NCBI GenBank assembly: GCA_012797775.1
Contig: JAAZOM010000006.1
Coordinates: 12,815 to 76,814, forward strand
Length of the DNA stretch: 64,000 bases
Direction of reading: 5' to 3'
DNA from: Candidatus Kuenenbacteria bacterium
GTDB taxonomy: Bacteria; Patescibacteriota; Patescibacteriia; UBA2196; GWA2-42-15
Part shown: positions 36,433 to 45,314 of the stretch, piece after piece
Layout of the letters: each line of letters starts with the position of its first letter
Position numbering within the stretch: the stretch's first letter is position 1
Translations under genes and position numbers: made by a program
Notes under the pieces: model-generated
Told to the model about the DNA's origin: nothing
What the model saw: the letters and a program-made list of their open reading frames with translations, nothing else
Databases searched by the model: none

Positions 36433-37977
36433 TTATGTTGCGTTTTTTCTTCCAAACAAATATTTTTTGTAATTTTCACTCTGCCTCCAGACTGGTGCCA
36501 AAATTCTTGGATGCACTGCTCTGGGGCCATTTTGGATCGTATCAGCTATTTCCTCCACTGTGTATTGCCCATAGACATAGGCATTTAAAAGCGTTGGCCA
36601 ACTGATTTTCGATCCCCACACCTTACCACTGCCAATGAGTTTTGTCAAGGTAGTTTTCAATTCTTGTGCCTTCTTTTTCTCTATCTCCAAAGGCAATTTC
36701 AACTGCCCATAATTTTTATCTCTTTCTCCGATTTTAAAGCGATAATATTTCAAGGTATTCTTATTGCCAGACTGGTCGAGCATCAGCCCTAGATTATTAA
36801 AAACAACCAAATCACCCCTATTAATTATGGTTATTTTTGGGCTGACTGTTTCTGTCGGTATATTTATCATTCTCTCCTGAAAAAGAAATTTCATATCACC
36901 AAAATAATTATCCGCTAGCAAAAGCTCGGCCATATTGGAAAAAGAAATATCATCATGATAGCGCGGCTCACGCCCACTGACTGTGGCGTGATATTCCAGT
37001 CTGTCTGGATGATCTCGGTCTGAAAAAAATCTGTCGCCCCAAGCATAATTTAAATAAGTAGAAAAATCGGCATAGCCAAAACGATAATTCAAGATTCCCG
37101 CTCCCAGATAAAACTGTGCCCCCAGCCCCACTGGCCGGATTCCAATGCTTGCCTCCACCATCCCATTTTTGAAAGTTATCGCCCGGAGGTTTTCTGCCAT
37201 TTTTTTACTTAAGTTCAAAATCTGCTGATCGCTCGTCAAGTCTCCATAAATCATGAGCGCTGTGGCTGTCACCAGATGATAGTGGGGGTTGAAGGCCATT
37301 GGCTTGCCCTCTTCATACCAGCCACTATTTATGTCCTCTTTTATCACTTTCTCGATTTTGTTTTTTATTAATTTATCAAAATATTGTTTTCTGTCTGCTG
37401 TTAGAAAAGTCTTTGCATAAAAATTATTCACCACGGCCTGCCAGTATACTGCCGACAGCGCCGCCCGGTTGGAAGTATCATCGGCCAAAATTCCCGCTTC
37501 TATTCTTTCATAAACCGTTTGATAAAGTTGACTTTTTTCTTCAGTGGTCAAAATATCTGGCAACTGGTCAGCTAGTCGTACCAGAGCAAAGGCGGCAAAG
37601 GCCTCAGAAAAAGACTGGCTTTGAACCAAGCGGTTGGCCAGAGCCACCCGGCAGCCAAGCATGCTTTGGCGCAATTTTTCTCTGGCTATATTATCACCAG
37701 CCAAAGCGCGGTATTTATAATAAAGTCCCAGGCTGATTATTTCTCTGGGTTCGCCCGGCGTGGTAAATTCTGGCGCGCCATAGTCTGGGGCCTGGTAAAC
37801 AAAACCAAAATTGTCCAAGTGTCGGCTATAGCGATTATAAAAATAGGACAGATATTTTTCCAAAGACAAATCATTTTCTGCCGCCTTGGTTTTTGGTGTG
37901 CTAATAAAAAAATTACCAGCGACGATTAGGGCTAGTAAGGTTATAATAGAGGTAGTGTGCAAATACTTGGATAACAT
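36433..37977 (-). CDS. Secreted hypothetical protein (possible alpha/alpha-toroid glycan-acting fold)
   Basis: Signal peptide ending TKA-A; helical, aromatic-rich with GWYEEG..FNPHYH. Confidence 0.7.
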   Translation of the reverse strand: MLSKYLHTTSIITLLALIVAGNFFISTPKTKAAENDLSLEKYLSYFYNRYSRHLDNFGFVYQAPDYGAPEFTTPGEPREIISLGLYYKYRALAGDNIAREKLRQSMLGCRVALANRLVQSQSFSEAFAAFALVRLADQLPDILTTEEKSQLYQTVYERIEAGILADDTSNRAALSAVYWQAVVNNFYAKTFLTADRKQYFDKLIKNKIEKVIKEDINSGWYEEGKPMAFNPHYHLVTATALMIYGDLTSDQQILNLSKKMAENLRAITFKNGMVEASIGIRPVGLGAQFYLGAGILNYRFGYADFSTYLNYAWGDRFFSDRDHPDRLEYHATVSGREPRYHDDISFSNMAELLLADNYFGDMKFLFQERMINIPTETVSPKITIINRGDLVVFNNLGLMLDQSGNKNTLKYYRFKIGERDKNYGQLKLPLEIEKKKAQELKTTLTKLIGSGKVWGSKISWPTLLNAYVYGQYTVEEIADTIQNGPRAVHPRILAPVWRQSENYKKYLFGRKNAT

Positions 37978-38041
37978 AATTTTATTCTAACAAATGATGA
38001 GAAATAAAAAAAGCCCCAGGCGTAGCGCCAAGGGCTTATCG

Positions 38042-38137
38042 TCAGGGGATACAGTAGAGGCTGACACAAATTGCCAAAATTCCATAGGCAATAATTATTA
38101 CCAAACCCACAACGGTTCCCCAATTATACTTTTTCAC
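38042..38137 (-). CDS. Small hydrophobic peptide (31 aa)
   Basis: TAAGGAGG SD + GTG; MKKYNWGTVVGLVIIIAYGILAICVSLYCIP*. Confidence 0.55.
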   Translation of the reverse strand: MKKYNWGTVVGLVIIIAYGILAICVSLYCIP

Positions 38138-38151
38138 TGTGCCTCCTTATT

Positions 38152-38268
38152 TTATATTGACCCGAGCCACAGCATTGCTCCGCCAACGACAATTGCTAAT
38201 AATGCCGCCAGCAGGAGAATCTCCCCAAAATCGAGCTGCAATAGTTTATCAAAAAATTTTTCTATCAT
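38152..38268 (-). CDS. Small hydrophobic peptide (38 aa)
   Basis: AAGGAGGT SD; MIEKFFDKLLQLDFGEILLLAALLAIVVGGAMLWLGSI*. Confidence 0.6.
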   Translation of the reverse strand: MIEKFFDKLLQLDFGEILLLAALLAIVVGGAMLWLGSI

Positions 38269-38360
38269 GCCCACCTCCTTTTTGTTGTTTATTTTTCTCC
38301 TTACTATATATTAAAAGCAAAATAAAAACAAGGGCCATGAGCCCCTGTCTTTAAATTAAG

Positions 38361-39278
38361 CTATTTTTTCAGGATATATTCATAGGCCGAGAGTGCCGCC
38401 TTTACTCCATCGCCAGCCGAGATATTATTTTGCTTATAGGCCTCATCCGTCACATCACCGGCCGCAAAAATACCAGGCATGGAGGTGGCTGAAGTCCGGT
38501 GATCCAAAACTATTTCTCCGCCGCTATTCAATTCCACCAGATCTTTGACCAAATCCGAATTAGGGACTGCGCCTATTTCTACAAATACACCTTGAACAGC
38601 CAGGGTTTTTCCTTCACCCGTCAGTCGGTCTTTGTATTTTAGGCCATTGACCAACTGTTCGCCAGTGATTTCTGTTGTCTCGGCATTATAAATCACACCT
38701 TTAAAATTTTCAGCACTTTGGATTTTTTCCAGGGTGCTCGGATCGCCTTTTATCTTGTCAGAATAATTTAAAAGATAAACCTCGCTGACATAAGGCAACA
38801 AATCTTGGACTGCCTCGAGTCCGGAATTCCCGCCGCCCACCACCGCCACTACCTTGCCGCGAAACATCGGCGCATCGCAGGTAGAACAATAAGCCACGCC
38901 CTTGCCGTCAAATTCCGCTTCGCCCAAAACATTCAATTTTCTATGCCTAGCGCCTGAGCAGACTATGACCGTTCTGGTTTCATAGGAGCTGGTATTGGTC
39001 GTGACCCGAAAGCCATTAGTGATCTTTTCTACCAGTTGAGCCCTCTCACCCTCTTTTATTTCTATTCCTTCTTGCGCTTTTAGGTGCTCTTCCAGATCTT
39101 TGGCCAATTGTATTCCGGCAATAGATTTGTGTCCGATCCAATTGCCAATGTCATCAGATACCACTGACTGACCGCCAAAACCCTCGGTTATAAATAAAGC
39201 TTTCATTTTTTTTCTGGCCGCATAGACTCCGGCCGAGACTCCGGCTGGTCCGCCGCCAATGATGATTGTATCATACAT
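38361..39278 (-). CDS. trxB: Thioredoxin reductase (TrxB/AhpF-like)
   Basis: GGGPAG, YCSTCD, GGGNSG, GIFAAGD. Confidence 0.9.
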   Translation of the reverse strand: MYDTIIIGGGPAGVSAGVYAARKKMKALFITEGFGGQSVVSDDIGNWIGHKSIAGIQLAKDLEEHLKAQEGIEIKEGERAQLVEKITNGFRVTTNTSSYETRTVIVCSGARHRKLNVLGEAEFDGKGVAYCSTCDAPMFRGKVVAVVGGGNSGLEAVQDLLPYVSEVYLLNYSDKIKGDPSTLEKIQSAENFKGVIYNAETTEITGEQLVNGLKYKDRLTGEGKTLAVQGVFVEIGAVPNSDLVKDLVELNSGGEIVLDHRTSATSMPGIFAAGDVTDEAYKQNNISAGDGVKAALSAYEYILKK

Positions 39279-39397
39279 AAAATTATAAAGCTTAATTAGA
39301 GTATCTTTATCATATAACGCTTTATCTTTTTTTTCAAGAAAAAACGCCGGCTCTTTTTTGCTAAAGAGTCCAGCGTTCAGGTAGGGCTAGGGAAGAC

Positions 39398-39682
39398 CTA
39401 TCTCGGTACTGTCCCTCGCCCACTGCACTTTTTGCAGGGGCCGACAGGGCGCTCAGCATCGTCCGGCCAGTCTGAACCCCCGCCGCCACAATCAGGGCAG
39501 TCGCTAAGCTCCGTCCCATCGGGCCAGGGCGGGACATCAAGCTTCCCGTCCCCACCACAGACGGTGCATTTCTCGTCGCCCCACATTCCGTCACCCGAGC
39601 AGGTGACACAACTGGCCTGCTTACAGCCGGCTACAAAAGCAACCAGCAGCAAGGCCACGAAGACAACCATTAATTTTTTCAC
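39398..39682 (-). CDS. Lipoprotein with four DnaJ-type CxxCxGxG repeats
   Basis: AGGAGG SD + GTG, lipobox VAGC, CVTCSGDG, CTVCGGDG, CPDCGGGG, CKKCSGRG. Confidence 0.75.
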   Translation of the reverse strand: MKKLMVVFVALLLVAFVAGCKQASCVTCSGDGMWGDEKCTVCGGDGKLDVPPWPDGTELSDCPDCGGGGSDWPDDAERPVGPCKKCSGRGTVPR

Positions 39683-39860
39683 TAAATCCTCCTGTTGTTT
39701 TGGTTTTTAGGATTCGTGAAAAGTTACCATATTTTTATCTCTTTGTCAATCATTACCCAAAATAATAAAAACAAGCCGACCACTATAATGATTTTTTTTC
39801 AAGAAAAAACAACCGCTGGTTTATCAGCAGTTGTTTTTTTGAACTTCTATCTGAAGAAGT

Positions 39861-40115
39861 TTATTGCCCTATGCGATTTCTATTCATCTGGCAGCCACCG
39901 CCACACTGGCAGGTTTTGCCTTCTTTTCCGCAATTGCCCCCGCAAGCAGAGTTTGCTCCGCAACCACAGGTAGCAGCTTGCACCACATTAGCATTATTGG
40001 CGCCGACTTGGACGCCCGCTGGGGCTGAATTTTGGCTGGCCGCGCTGGCAACGCTAAAGATCACCACTGCCATTACCAGAGCTATAAAGCCTCCCAAAAA
40101 CCAAAGTTTATTCAT
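39861..40115 (-). CDS. Small exported Cys/Gly-rich protein
   Basis: Signal peptide then CGCG..CGGNCG..CQCGGGC. Confidence 0.65.
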   Translation of the reverse strand: MNKLWFLGGFIALVMAVVIFSVASAASQNSAPAGVQVGANNANVVQAATCGCGANSACGGNCGKEGKTCQCGGGCQMNRNRIGQ

Positions 40116-40182
40116 ATGCTAGGTTTATTAGTTTTTAATTGGGCCCTCTATACACTAATACGCACTTCGCCTAGCTTTTATT

Positions 40183-40917
40183 TCAATGTTGGCAATTGCC
40201 ATCGCAATTTTTGGGTTTTAGGCAGCCGCCACAGCCACACCAAGGGCGGATTTCCTCGGCCGTAAACTGGTTTTCTAGGGTTATATCGCCGATAATTTTT
40301 ATACGTTCGCCAATTTTTAAAATTGCATCGTTTTGTACATTGGCGGTGAGTGCGTTGATCTGCCAGTGATCTCCACTCAAATCCTGCAAGATAAAGCCAT
40401 TTTTGGTGATCGCCACTATTTCTCCGGCCAAAAGACCCTGGTCAGTCTTTTGCCACAGTCGGTGCTCATAATTCAGCTGAGCATAGCCAGGCAATTTTTC
40501 GTTAAAAATATTATTTAATTTGTAGCCAAGCCCAAAATTATAAATCAAAATCCCCAAAATTACCGTTGCCAACAAATAAAAAATTATCAGTCTGGCCAGG
40601 GGCAGGCGATAGCCAAATTTGGTATTTTTATAATTATAATAACCCAACCCAACAAAAACCACTAAAGCTGCCAGCCAGAAATATGGCAAGGTTAGGAGTA
40701 AGATTTTTCCAAAGTTCATTTCAATCCGTTGGTAGATGTCCCATTCCTGATTGGCCAAAATAAATATTGATATCCCGACCGCGAGCGCACCAAAAATTAT
40801 TGACAACCCAAACAAAAACCAAAGCAATAAATTTTTTGCCCGAAGATTTGATTTCGGCGTTGGTTTTAGCCCTTGATCTTTTATAGTTTCTAATATTTTA
40901 TCACTTATTTGGCTCAT
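40183..40917 (-). CDS. Membrane protein, putative anti-sigma partner
   Basis: Three TMs, OB-like C-terminus, Cys-rich tail; overlaps ECF sigma stop. Confidence 0.7.
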   Translation of the reverse strand: MSQISDKILETIKDQGLKPTPKSNLRAKNLLLWFLFGLSIIFGALAVGISIFILANQEWDIYQRIEMNFGKILLLTLPYFWLAALVVFVGLGYYNYKNTKFGYRLPLARLIIFYLLATVILGILIYNFGLGYKLNNIFNEKLPGYAQLNYEHRLWQKTDQGLLAGEIVAITKNGFILQDLSGDHWQINALTANVQNDAILKIGERIKIIGDITLENQFTAEEIRPWCGCGGCLKPKNCDGNCQH

Positions 40918-41491
40918 AGTATTCAGGATTAATTTTAATAAACTCTTCTTTAAATTTTCTTCTAGCCCTGGCGATCAGCGTCCCGACGGTACTAACCGGC
41001 AAACGCAGAATGTCGGAAATTTCTCGATAGTCCAGCTCTTCCACAAAGCGCAAAATAAAAATTTCTCGATATTTTTCTCCCAGCCGGCTGATTATTTTTT
41101 CCAACATCGCCCGGTCATATTTGGTATTTATTTCTTTATTCAGATCAGTATCAGCCGTTATCTTTTGCCATTCCTCGTCATCGAGTATTATCTGTGGCCG
41201 CGCTTGTCTTTTGCGCAGTTCACTCACTGTTTCATTGTGGGCGATCCGGTAAGCCCAAGAAGAAAATTTTAGCTTATCATCAAAATCATTAAGGTTATAA
41301 AAAATTTTTATAAAAACCTCCTGCAAAACATCTTCGGCGTCCTCTTGACCGAGACCTGATATTCTCCGAACATAAACCAACAGCTGTCTTTCATAGCGTT
41401 TTATTAGACAAGCAAAATAATCGGCGCTCTTGAGAGACAGAGCGACGAGTTCATTATCCGAGAGCTGTATACAGCTTTCCTGAGTGACCAT
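40901..41491 (-). CDS. ECF RNA polymerase sigma factor
   Basis: DAEDVLQEVF, KFSSWAYRIAHN, YREISDILRLPVSTVGTLIARAR. Confidence 0.93.
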   Translation of the reverse strand: MVTQESCIQLSDNELVALSLKSADYFACLIKRYERQLLVYVRRISGLGQEDAEDVLQEVFIKIFYNLNDFDDKLKFSSWAYRIAHNETVSELRKRQARPQIILDDEEWQKITADTDLNKEINTKYDRAMLEKIISRLGEKYREIFILRFVEELDYREISDILRLPVSTVGTLIARARRKFKEEFIKINPEYYEPNK

Positions 41492-41600
41492 ATTAATTAT
41501 AATACGTGTTAGGCCTTAATTTTATTTCAGGTTGCTTTATCATAACATAAATTTTTGTTTCCAAAAATCCCGCCCTGAGGCGGGATAATTTTTTGGATTA

Positions 41601-41671
41601 TCGGGGCGCGGGGAATTGAACCCCGGCTACAAGACCCCCAGCCTTGCGTACTACCGTTATACGACGCCCCG
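41601..41671 (-). tRNA. tRNA-Pro(GGG), CCA not encoded
   Basis: CGGGGCGTCGTATAACGGTAGTACGCAAGGCTGGGGGTCTTGTAGCCGGGGTTCAATTCCCCGCGCCCCGA. Confidence 0.9.
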
Positions 41672-41690
41672 GTAAAAAATTAATTTAAAA

Positions 41691-41920
41691 GCCCCAAAGC
41701 AACCATTCCTCAATCTAGTTCCTATTGGGAAACCGGTACGCTCCAAACTGTTAAGGCCAGCGGAGAATATCACTCATAGGGAACAAAACAATAATATCAT
41801 TTTGTCCTTAAAGGGAAATCTGCCCGGTGAACCGCAATCCCGAAACTTTTCGGGAAATACGAGTTGCCAAAAGAACTGATTGTCGAACATAGAAAAAGGA
41901 AATCAAGTGCGCTCTGGGGC
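41691..41920 (-). ncRNA. Candidate ~230 nt rod-like RNA (6S RNA-like)
   Basis: Promoter TTGATT-17-TATAAT with TG (41955-41927) places the start at G41920; 5' GCCCCAGAGC pairs with 3' GCTTTGGGGC, continuing TTCCT/AGGAA and TCTA-TGTTC/GAAC-TAGA. Confidence 0.6.
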
Positions 41921-41969
41921 AAGGGTATTATAACATCAAAAAAACAAGAAATCAACAATGAACAAAAGC

Positions 41970-42087
41970 ACAAAATCCCAAATCCAAAATCCAAAATAAA
42001 TCACAATTCTCAATAAGCAATACCCAAGTCAATCTATGTTTTGGAATTTGTGATTTGAAATTTATTTTGAGCTTGGAACTTGGAATT
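41970..42087. repeat. Inverted pair of degenerate AAATCC/GGAATT 7-mer arrays
   Basis: AAATCCCAAATCCAAAATCCAAAA ... TTTTGGAATTTGTGATTTG...TTGGAACTTGGAATTT; half-array also at 51062-51100. Confidence 0.6.
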
Positions 42088-42533
42088 TAATTATCAATCA
42101 ACCTTTGTTTCCGCCGTTCAAATTCCTTTTTCTTTATACTTTCCCGCTTGTCAAATTTCTTTTTGCCCCGCCCCACTCCGATTTCTAGTTTGATCAGCCC
42201 GCCCTTCAAATAAACCTTCAAAGGCACAATCGTGATGCCCGGCTCGCGTGATTTGCCAAAAAGATATTTCAACTGTTTTTTATGCAAGAGCAATGACCGG
42301 TTTTGATATGGATCATAGTCTTTTTGGTATATTGCCGCTGGCTTGTAAGGAGCGACATGCGCCTTTATCAGAAAAGCACTACTCGTACCATCGAGACCAA
42401 CGTATGATCCCTTAAGATTAATTTGTCCTTTTTTTATAGATTTTGCCTCTGGTCCAGACAACGCCAAGCCAGCCTCAAGCGTCTCGAGGATCTCATAATC
42501 AAAATATGCTTTTTTATTATCAGCAATAGACAT
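42087..42533 (-). CDS. smpB: SsrA-binding protein SmpB
   Basis: NKKAYFDYEILE.LEAGL.L.G.E.KS, GKKKFDKRESIK. Confidence 0.96.
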   Translation of the reverse strand: MSIADNKKAYFDYEILETLEAGLALSGPEAKSIKKGQINLKGSYVGLDGTSSAFLIKAHVAPYKPAAIYQKDYDPYQNRSLLLHKKQLKYLFGKSREPGITIVPLKVYLKGGLIKLEIGVGRGKKKFDKRESIKKKEFERRKQRLIDN

Positions 42534-42591
42534 ACACCCTTTTATTATACCAAACTTTACTATATAATAAATTCAGAATTAAGTTTCAGCT

Positions 42592-44304
42592 ATGACTATC
42601 AAAGATACCCTAAAAAAGCAAATTAATCAAGCTGTTTCCAAACAATATCGCCTAGTCGGCCTTGGTTTCAACGTTGATTATCCTCCCTCCGTTGAGCTCG
42701 GCGATTATTCCACCAACGTTGCGCTGATGCTTGGCCACCAATTTAAAAAGAATCCTCTTGATATTGCAGCAGGGCTGGCCAAAGAATTATCTACTCATAA
42801 AATGTGGCGGCTGGTTTCCGTTGCTCCGCCAGGCTTTATCAATTTTTATTTGGATAATCATTGGGCCGCCAGGCAGCTATCTGTTGTTGCCAGAGAGGGG
42901 ACCAAATATGGCAGTAGTCGTCTTGGCCGGAACCAGACAGTAGTCATTGATTATTCCTCCCCAAATATTGCCAAAAAAATGCACGTCGGCCACCTACGCT
43001 CTACCGTCATTGGCGCCGCTATTTGTAATTTATATAAATTTCTCGGCTACAAAGTCATCAGCGACAACCATCTCGGTGATTGGGGCACGCAGTTTGGCAA
43101 GTTGATCTATGAATACAAGCAGATCTATGGCCACAAAATCAAGAAAAATATTACCGTCGAAGAGATGGAGTCTCTTTATTTGGGTTTTCACCAAAAAGCC
43201 AAAGAAAATCCTGTGTTAGAAGAGGAGGCCAGAAAGGAACTCAAAAAACTTCAGGACAAAGAAAGGTTCAATTATCAGCTCTGGCAGCTTTTTTATCAGG
43301 TGAGCCTCAAAGAATTTAGAAAAGTTTATAATTTGCTCGGAGTTAAATTTAATTATTGGCACGGCGAAAGCTTTTACCACCCCATGCTTGCCGCCATTGT
43401 TGATGAATTGTTGAGAAAGGGTGTCGCTCAAAAAAGTGAGGGGGCAATTATTATAAATTTGTCTGACCTTGGCCTGCCGCCCCTAATGATCCAAAAATCA
43501 GACAGTGCTTATCTCTATGGCACTTCGGATTTGGCTACTATCAAATATCGCCGCTCTCATTTTCACCCCGTCAAGAACATTTATGTTGTCGCCAACCAGC
43601 AAGCCCTTCATTTTGAACAGTTGTTCAAGGCGAGCTCCCTCGCTGGCTATCACGACAAAGAAGATATGGTACACGTAAAATTTGGCTTGATCCTCGGCGC
43701 CAACGGCAAAAAAATGTCTACCAGAGAAGGCGAAGTAGCCGACCTTATAAAGATGATCGAAGAGGGGATCTCTAAGGCGAGAAAAATTATTAAAGAAAAA
43801 AATAAAAAACTCTCCGGCCGGAAGTTGGATCAGATAGCCAAACAAATCGCTCTTGGTGCTATCAAATACAATGATCTTTCCCAAAACCGTCTAACAGACA
43901 TTGTTTTTGATTGGAACAAAATGTTGAACTTTGAATCTGGCTCTGCTCCTTACTTGCAATATACTTATGTTCGCATACAAAGTATTTTCAAAAAAGCCCC
44001 GCGTTCAAAAAATAAAAAAATAGATTATAAAATACTTATTGAACTCTCGGAGACTCAGCTCATAAGAGATATTATAAAATTTCCCGAAGTCATAGAGTCT
44101 GCCGCTTTGGAGTATAAGCCAAATGTCGTTGCCCTTTATCTCACCGAACTTTCCGGAGACTTTCATTCTTTTTATGAAAAGATAGCAGTTCTCTCGGCCG
44201 ATAAAAAATTACAGCAGGCCAGACTCGCCCTCCTTCGGGCGGTTTCTGTTGTTATGAAAAATGGGCTGGCCCTACTCGGCATAGAGGCGCCCGAACAGAT
44301 GTAG
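42592..44304 (+). CDS. argS: Arginine--tRNA ligase
   Basis: GDYSTN, SSPNIAK.MHVGHLRS, GDWGTQFG, KMSTR, YLQY..VR. Confidence 0.97.
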   Translation: MTIKDTLKKQINQAVSKQYRLVGLGFNVDYPPSVELGDYSTNVALMLGHQFKKNPLDIAAGLAKELSTHKMWRLVSVAPPGFINFYLDNHWAARQLSVVAREGTKYGSSRLGRNQTVVIDYSSPNIAKKMHVGHLRSTVIGAAICNLYKFLGYKVISDNHLGDWGTQFGKLIYEYKQIYGHKIKKNITVEEMESLYLGFHQKAKENPVLEEEARKELKKLQDKERFNYQLWQLFYQVSLKEFRKVYNLLGVKFNYWHGESFYHPMLAAIVDELLRKGVAQKSEGAIIINLSDLGLPPLMIQKSDSAYLYGTSDLATIKYRRSHFHPVKNIYVVANQQALHFEQLFKASSLAGYHDKEDMVHVKFGLILGANGKKMSTREGEVADLIKMIEEGISKARKIIKEKNKKLSGRKLDQIAKQIALGAIKYNDLSQNRLTDIVFDWNKMLNFESGSAPYLQYTYVRIQSIFKKAPRSKNKKIDYKILIELSETQLIRDIIKFPEVIESAALEYKPNVVALYLTELSGDFHSFYEKIAVLSADKKLQQARLALLRAVSVVMKNGLALLGIEAPEQM

Positions 44305-44342
44305 CTATTATCAACACAAAAATAAAATGTTATTATAAAATC

Positions 44343-45245
44343 ATGGCCAACAAAAATAATGAAATTCAAACTACTATTACCGAGGAGATACCTGACTGGA
44401 AGATAAGGCTTGCTTATTTTTATACCGAGCACAAGACCACCATAAAGCGCGCGTTGGTTTTTAGTGTCTTTTTTCTAGATCTGATTATCGTTTTTGTTTT
44501 CGGCTCTGCCTTTGTAAATTATCGTACCGGCCTTATCAGCGATGAAAAATATTTATCAGATTTGCCAAAAAATTTGGTCAACAATAATGTCGCCAGTCAG
44601 CTCTTGGCGCCCAGCCCTTTGATTTTTGGTACAACAAAGGCCCTAAGGAGCACCGACAGAACTGACAATCTTTTGCTGACAGTAAAAAATGAAAATACCG
44701 ACTGGGCGGTAAAAAAATTAGTTTATACAATTGAACCAGCCACCCAAGACGCCAAAGTTCTTTCTACTTTTATTTTGCCCCAGAGTGAAAAAAATATTTT
44801 ATATTTTAATGTGCCGTCTGGTAGCGGCGCCAGTATCAAGATCATCGAAACAGAGTGGGAGAGGATAAGAGATTTTAGTTTGGTCAGCTATAAAGACGCT
44901 GTCAAAGTAGAGTCATCGGAATTTATACCGAGTCAGTCGAGTGTGGTCTCTGGCCAAGTAAAGATAAAAATTTTCAACGATACACCCTTTAGTTTTTGGG
45001 AGGTCGGTCTGCCGGTAGTCCTTTATGATTCATCTGGCGAGCCAATTTCTGCAAACTATACAGTTATAAACAAACTCAAATCTTTGGAGGAAAGGGAAGT
45101 CTCTCTTGGCTGGTCCGATGATCTTTTCCGCACAGTTTTCCGGGCAGGCGTTTATCCGGAGATAAATCTTCTGGACAACAGTTCTCTCATGCGTCTCGAT
45201 CCCGGCCCCGGCTCACCTCCCGGCCTAGAAATAAAAAAACAATAA
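44343..45245 (+). CDS. Membrane-anchored hypothetical protein (Ig-like, VVLYD motif)
   Basis: Single TM then beta-rich domains; same operon as argS/rodA. Confidence 0.75.
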   Translation: MANKNNEIQTTITEEIPDWKIRLAYFYTEHKTTIKRALVFSVFFLDLIIVFVFGSAFVNYRTGLISDEKYLSDLPKNLVNNNVASQLLAPSPLIFGTTKALRSTDRTDNLLLTVKNENTDWAVKKLVYTIEPATQDAKVLSTFILPQSEKNILYFNVPSGSGASIKIIETEWERIRDFSLVSYKDAVKVESSEFIPSQSSVVSGQVKIKIFNDTPFSFWEVGLPVVLYDSSGEPISANYTVINKLKSLEEREVSLGWSDDLFRTVFRAGVYPEINLLDNSSLMRLDPGPGSPPGLEIKKQ

Positions 45246-45314
45246 TTAAAACTAATATTTACAAGCTATCATAATAATTCTAGACTAAATTCAGTGGTCT
45301 AGAATTTTGTTTTT

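Noticed and set aside
41691-42087. tmRNA next to smpB
   Set aside because: No GGGG..TΨC..CCACCA alanine-acceptor domain; the adjacent cloverleaf is a normal tRNA-Pro.
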